In this document: positions 62,429 to 64,000 of the stretch, one piece after another
Position numbering within the stretch: the first letter of the stretch is position 1
Layout: each line of letters starts with the position of its first letter
Assembly: GCA_028281985.1 (NCBI GenBank)
Contig: JANQIU010000030.1
Coordinates: 12,615 to 76,614 of the forward strand
Origin: Alphaproteobacteria bacterium
Lineage (GTDB): Bacteria > Pseudomonadota > Alphaproteobacteria > DSM-16000 > Inquilinaceae
Direction: 5' to 3'
DNA: 64,000 nt
Program-made: the position numbers and the translations under genes
The notes under the pieces: generated by a model
The model's database searches: none
What the model was told of the DNA's origin: nothing
The model's input: the letters and a program-made list of their open reading frames with translations, nothing else

Positions 62429-63247
62429 ATGGACGACATGACATTTGCCTCGGTCACCAGCCTGCTGACGACCTATGGGATGAGCGTCCTGGGCGGCATC
62501 GTCATCCTGATCGTCGGCTGGCTTATCGCCGGCTGGGCCGCACGCTGGGCGGCCCGGACGCTGAAGCGGGTCAAGACCGTCGACGACATGTTGGCAGGCT
62601 TCCTGTCCAATATGGTCAAGTACGCGATCCTGGCGGTCACCGTGCTGGCCGTGCTGAGCCGGTTCGGCGTTCAGACCGCCAGCCTGATCGCCATCTTCGG
62701 CGCGGCGGGCCTGGCCATCGGGCTGGCCCTGCAAGGCACGCTGAGCCAGCTTGCCGCCGGGGTCATGCTATTGCTGTTCCGGCCGTTCAAGGTCGGTGAC
62801 TACATCGATGCCGGCGGCACGGCGGGGTCGGTCAAGGCGGTGGGCCTGTTCACCACGGAACTCGCCACGCCCGACAACGTGCAGATCATCGTGCCCAACG
62901 GCGATGTGTGGGGCGCGACGCTGCGGAACTACAGCTTCCACCCGACCCGGCGGGTCGATTTCCTTCTGGGGATCGGCTACGGCGACAGCATCGACGCGGC
63001 CATGCAGGCGATTACAGAAGTCATCCACGCCGATCCGCGCTGTCATGCTGAACCGGCGCCGCAGATCGTCGTCGGCGATCTGGCCGACAGCGCGGTGAAC
63101 ATCATCGTCCGCGTATGGACGGACTCGGGCGACTACTGGGGCCTGAAATTCGACCTGACCAAGCGCTTCAAGGAAGCCTTCGACGCCAAGGGCATCAGCA
63201 TCCCGTTCCCCCAGCGCGACATCCACGTGCACCAGATACCTGCCTGA
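62429..63247 (+). CDS. mscS: small-conductance mechanosensitive channel (MscS family)
   Basis: Three TM segments, pore helix AIFGAAGLAIGLALQGTLSQLAAGVMLLLFRPFKVGD, beta domain and C-terminal FPQRDIHV. Confidence 0.9.
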   Translation: MDDMTFASVTSLLTTYGMSVLGGIVILIVGWLIAGWAARWAARTLKRVKTVDDMLAGFLSNMVKYAILAVTVLAVLSRFGVQTASLIAIFGAAGLAIGLALQGTLSQLAAGVMLLLFRPFKVGDYIDAGGTAGSVKAVGLFTTELATPDNVQIIVPNGDVWGATLRNYSFHPTRRVDFLLGIGYGDSIDAAMQAITEVIHADPRCHAEPAPQIVVGDLADSAVNIIVRVWTDSGDYWGLKFDLTKRFKEAFDAKGISIPFPQRDIHVHQIPA

Positions 63248-63270
63248 AGGGCTCCGCGGAGGCCAAGCGG

Positions 63271-63549
63271 TCAGTAGCCGATCATGGTCAGGAACGGGTC
63301 TTCGTCGAGCGGATGCCGCAGGTGCCCGATGGCCAGGATCAGCCGCTTCTCAGACTTGCGGATGACCGTGTTCAACTCGTAGGCGTTGGGGTCCTGCAGG
63401 TGACCGTCCTCGTACAGGTGGCGGGCGAAGGCCTCGACGACCTCGTCCGCCGGGACCTGCGCGGGGTCACGCGCCATGGAAAAGGTGAACCGGTGGTCGG
63501 ACCCGGATGCAGCCCCCATGACCGTCGCCGTGCACTCAAACGCTGCCAT
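63271..63549 (-). CDS. hypothetical small protein (92 aa)
   Basis: ATG at 63549 preceded by GGAGGA. Native codon bias. No family recognised. Confidence 0.55.
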   Translation of the reverse strand: MAAFECTATVMGAASGSDHRFTFSMARDPAQVPADEVVEAFARHLYEDGHLQDPNAYELNTVIRKSEKRLILAIGHLRHPLDEDPFLTMIGY

Positions 63550-63722
63550 CCGTTCCTCCACTCACTGGGCTGGTGTAATCGACGCCCGTGTTACAACCAG
63601 CATGTGACAGTTTTTCGAGCATCCGACGGCCCAACCGGTCGCATCGGTGCCTCCGCGGGAGTGGGTCGCCCGAAAACCTGGAAAAGCCCTGACCCGCACC
63701 GGCTCCGACCTCTGCGGCGCGG

Positions 63723-64000
63723 TCAGGTCGCCGCGCGATAGACCTGCGCCAGGTTGGCGTAATGCTCGGCCGATTTGGGCAGGTAGGCCCGCTCCTCGTC
63801 CGTCAGGTCCCGCATGTAGCGGGCCGGGCTGCCGCCCCAAAGCTGGCCCGTGGGGATGCGCTTGCCCGGCGTCACCAGGGCGCCTGCGGCCACCATGGCC
63901 CCCGATTCCACGACCGCGCCATCAAGGATGCAGGCGCGCATGCCGACGAAGCCGCGGTCTTCCACCGTGCAGGCATGCAGGACAGCGGCATGGCCGACCG
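63723..64000 (-). CDS. gamma-carbonic-anhydrase-like hexapeptide-repeat protein (C-terminal part; the gene continues past the window edge)
   Basis: The frame stays open to nt 64000 (..VGHAAVLHACTVEDRGFVGMRACILDGAVVESGAMVAAGALV..WGGSPARYMRDL..). The M in the track is an internal GTG. Confidence 0.8.
   Translation of the reverse strand, partial: VGHAAVLHACTVEDRGFVGMRACILDGAVVESGAMVAAGALVTPGKRIPTGQLWGGSPARYMRDLTDEERAYLPKSAEHYANLAQVYRAAT

Noticed and set aside
62148-62441. 97-aa plus-strand ORF upstream of mscS.
   Set aside because: The translation is Arg/Thr-rich and unprotein-like. It overlaps the mscS start out of frame and begins inside the low-GC promoter region of the ORFan.

Overview
This is a high-GC, gene-dense chromosomal segment with alphaproteobacterial-type gene content and synteny. 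I hand-counted about two-thirds G+C in coding lines. Nearly all of it is housekeeping or core genes in recognisable blocks. The blocks are kdsA-pyrG-secG-tpiA; nlpD-like/pcm/surE/serS/tatCBA; scpBA/M50 protease/nagZ/SPOR protein; dGTPase-like/erpA-like/xthA; ilvD; valS/PopZ-like/tolC/rhodanese/pcm-paralog; a glutathione-type peptide ABC importer with ggt; recJ/glpX/hom/aminotransferase; phaC; and an MscS channel. There are three tRNAs (Cys-GCA, Asn-GTT, Glu-TTC). I see no rRNA, CRISPR array, transposase, integrase, phage genes or recognisable defence, restriction or toxin genes, so no mobile island can be supported. Many long ORFs in the track are antisense or out-of-frame shadows of real genes, as expected at this GC content. 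The track also translates GTG/TTG starts as M, so several starts were re-picked by eye. The candidates for something undescribed are modest. (1) A translationally coupled secreted S1 protease plus a lipoprotein carrying six 4-Cys acidic repeat modules, next to tRNA-Asn. (2) An operon joining an MlaC-family periplasmic lipid-binding protein to a LolD/MacB-type (FtsX-fold) ABC transporter, with no membrane-fusion, MlaD or MlaE partner. (3) A PstS-like periplasmic protein plus a DivJ/PleC-type orphan histidine kinase, bracketed by two tRNAs. (4) Two small low-GC insertions: about 0.57 kb with stacked hairpins after a perfect 26-bp palindrome, and about 0.7 kb encoding a 4-TM ORFan. All family assignments come from reading the translated ORFs. 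No database search was run.
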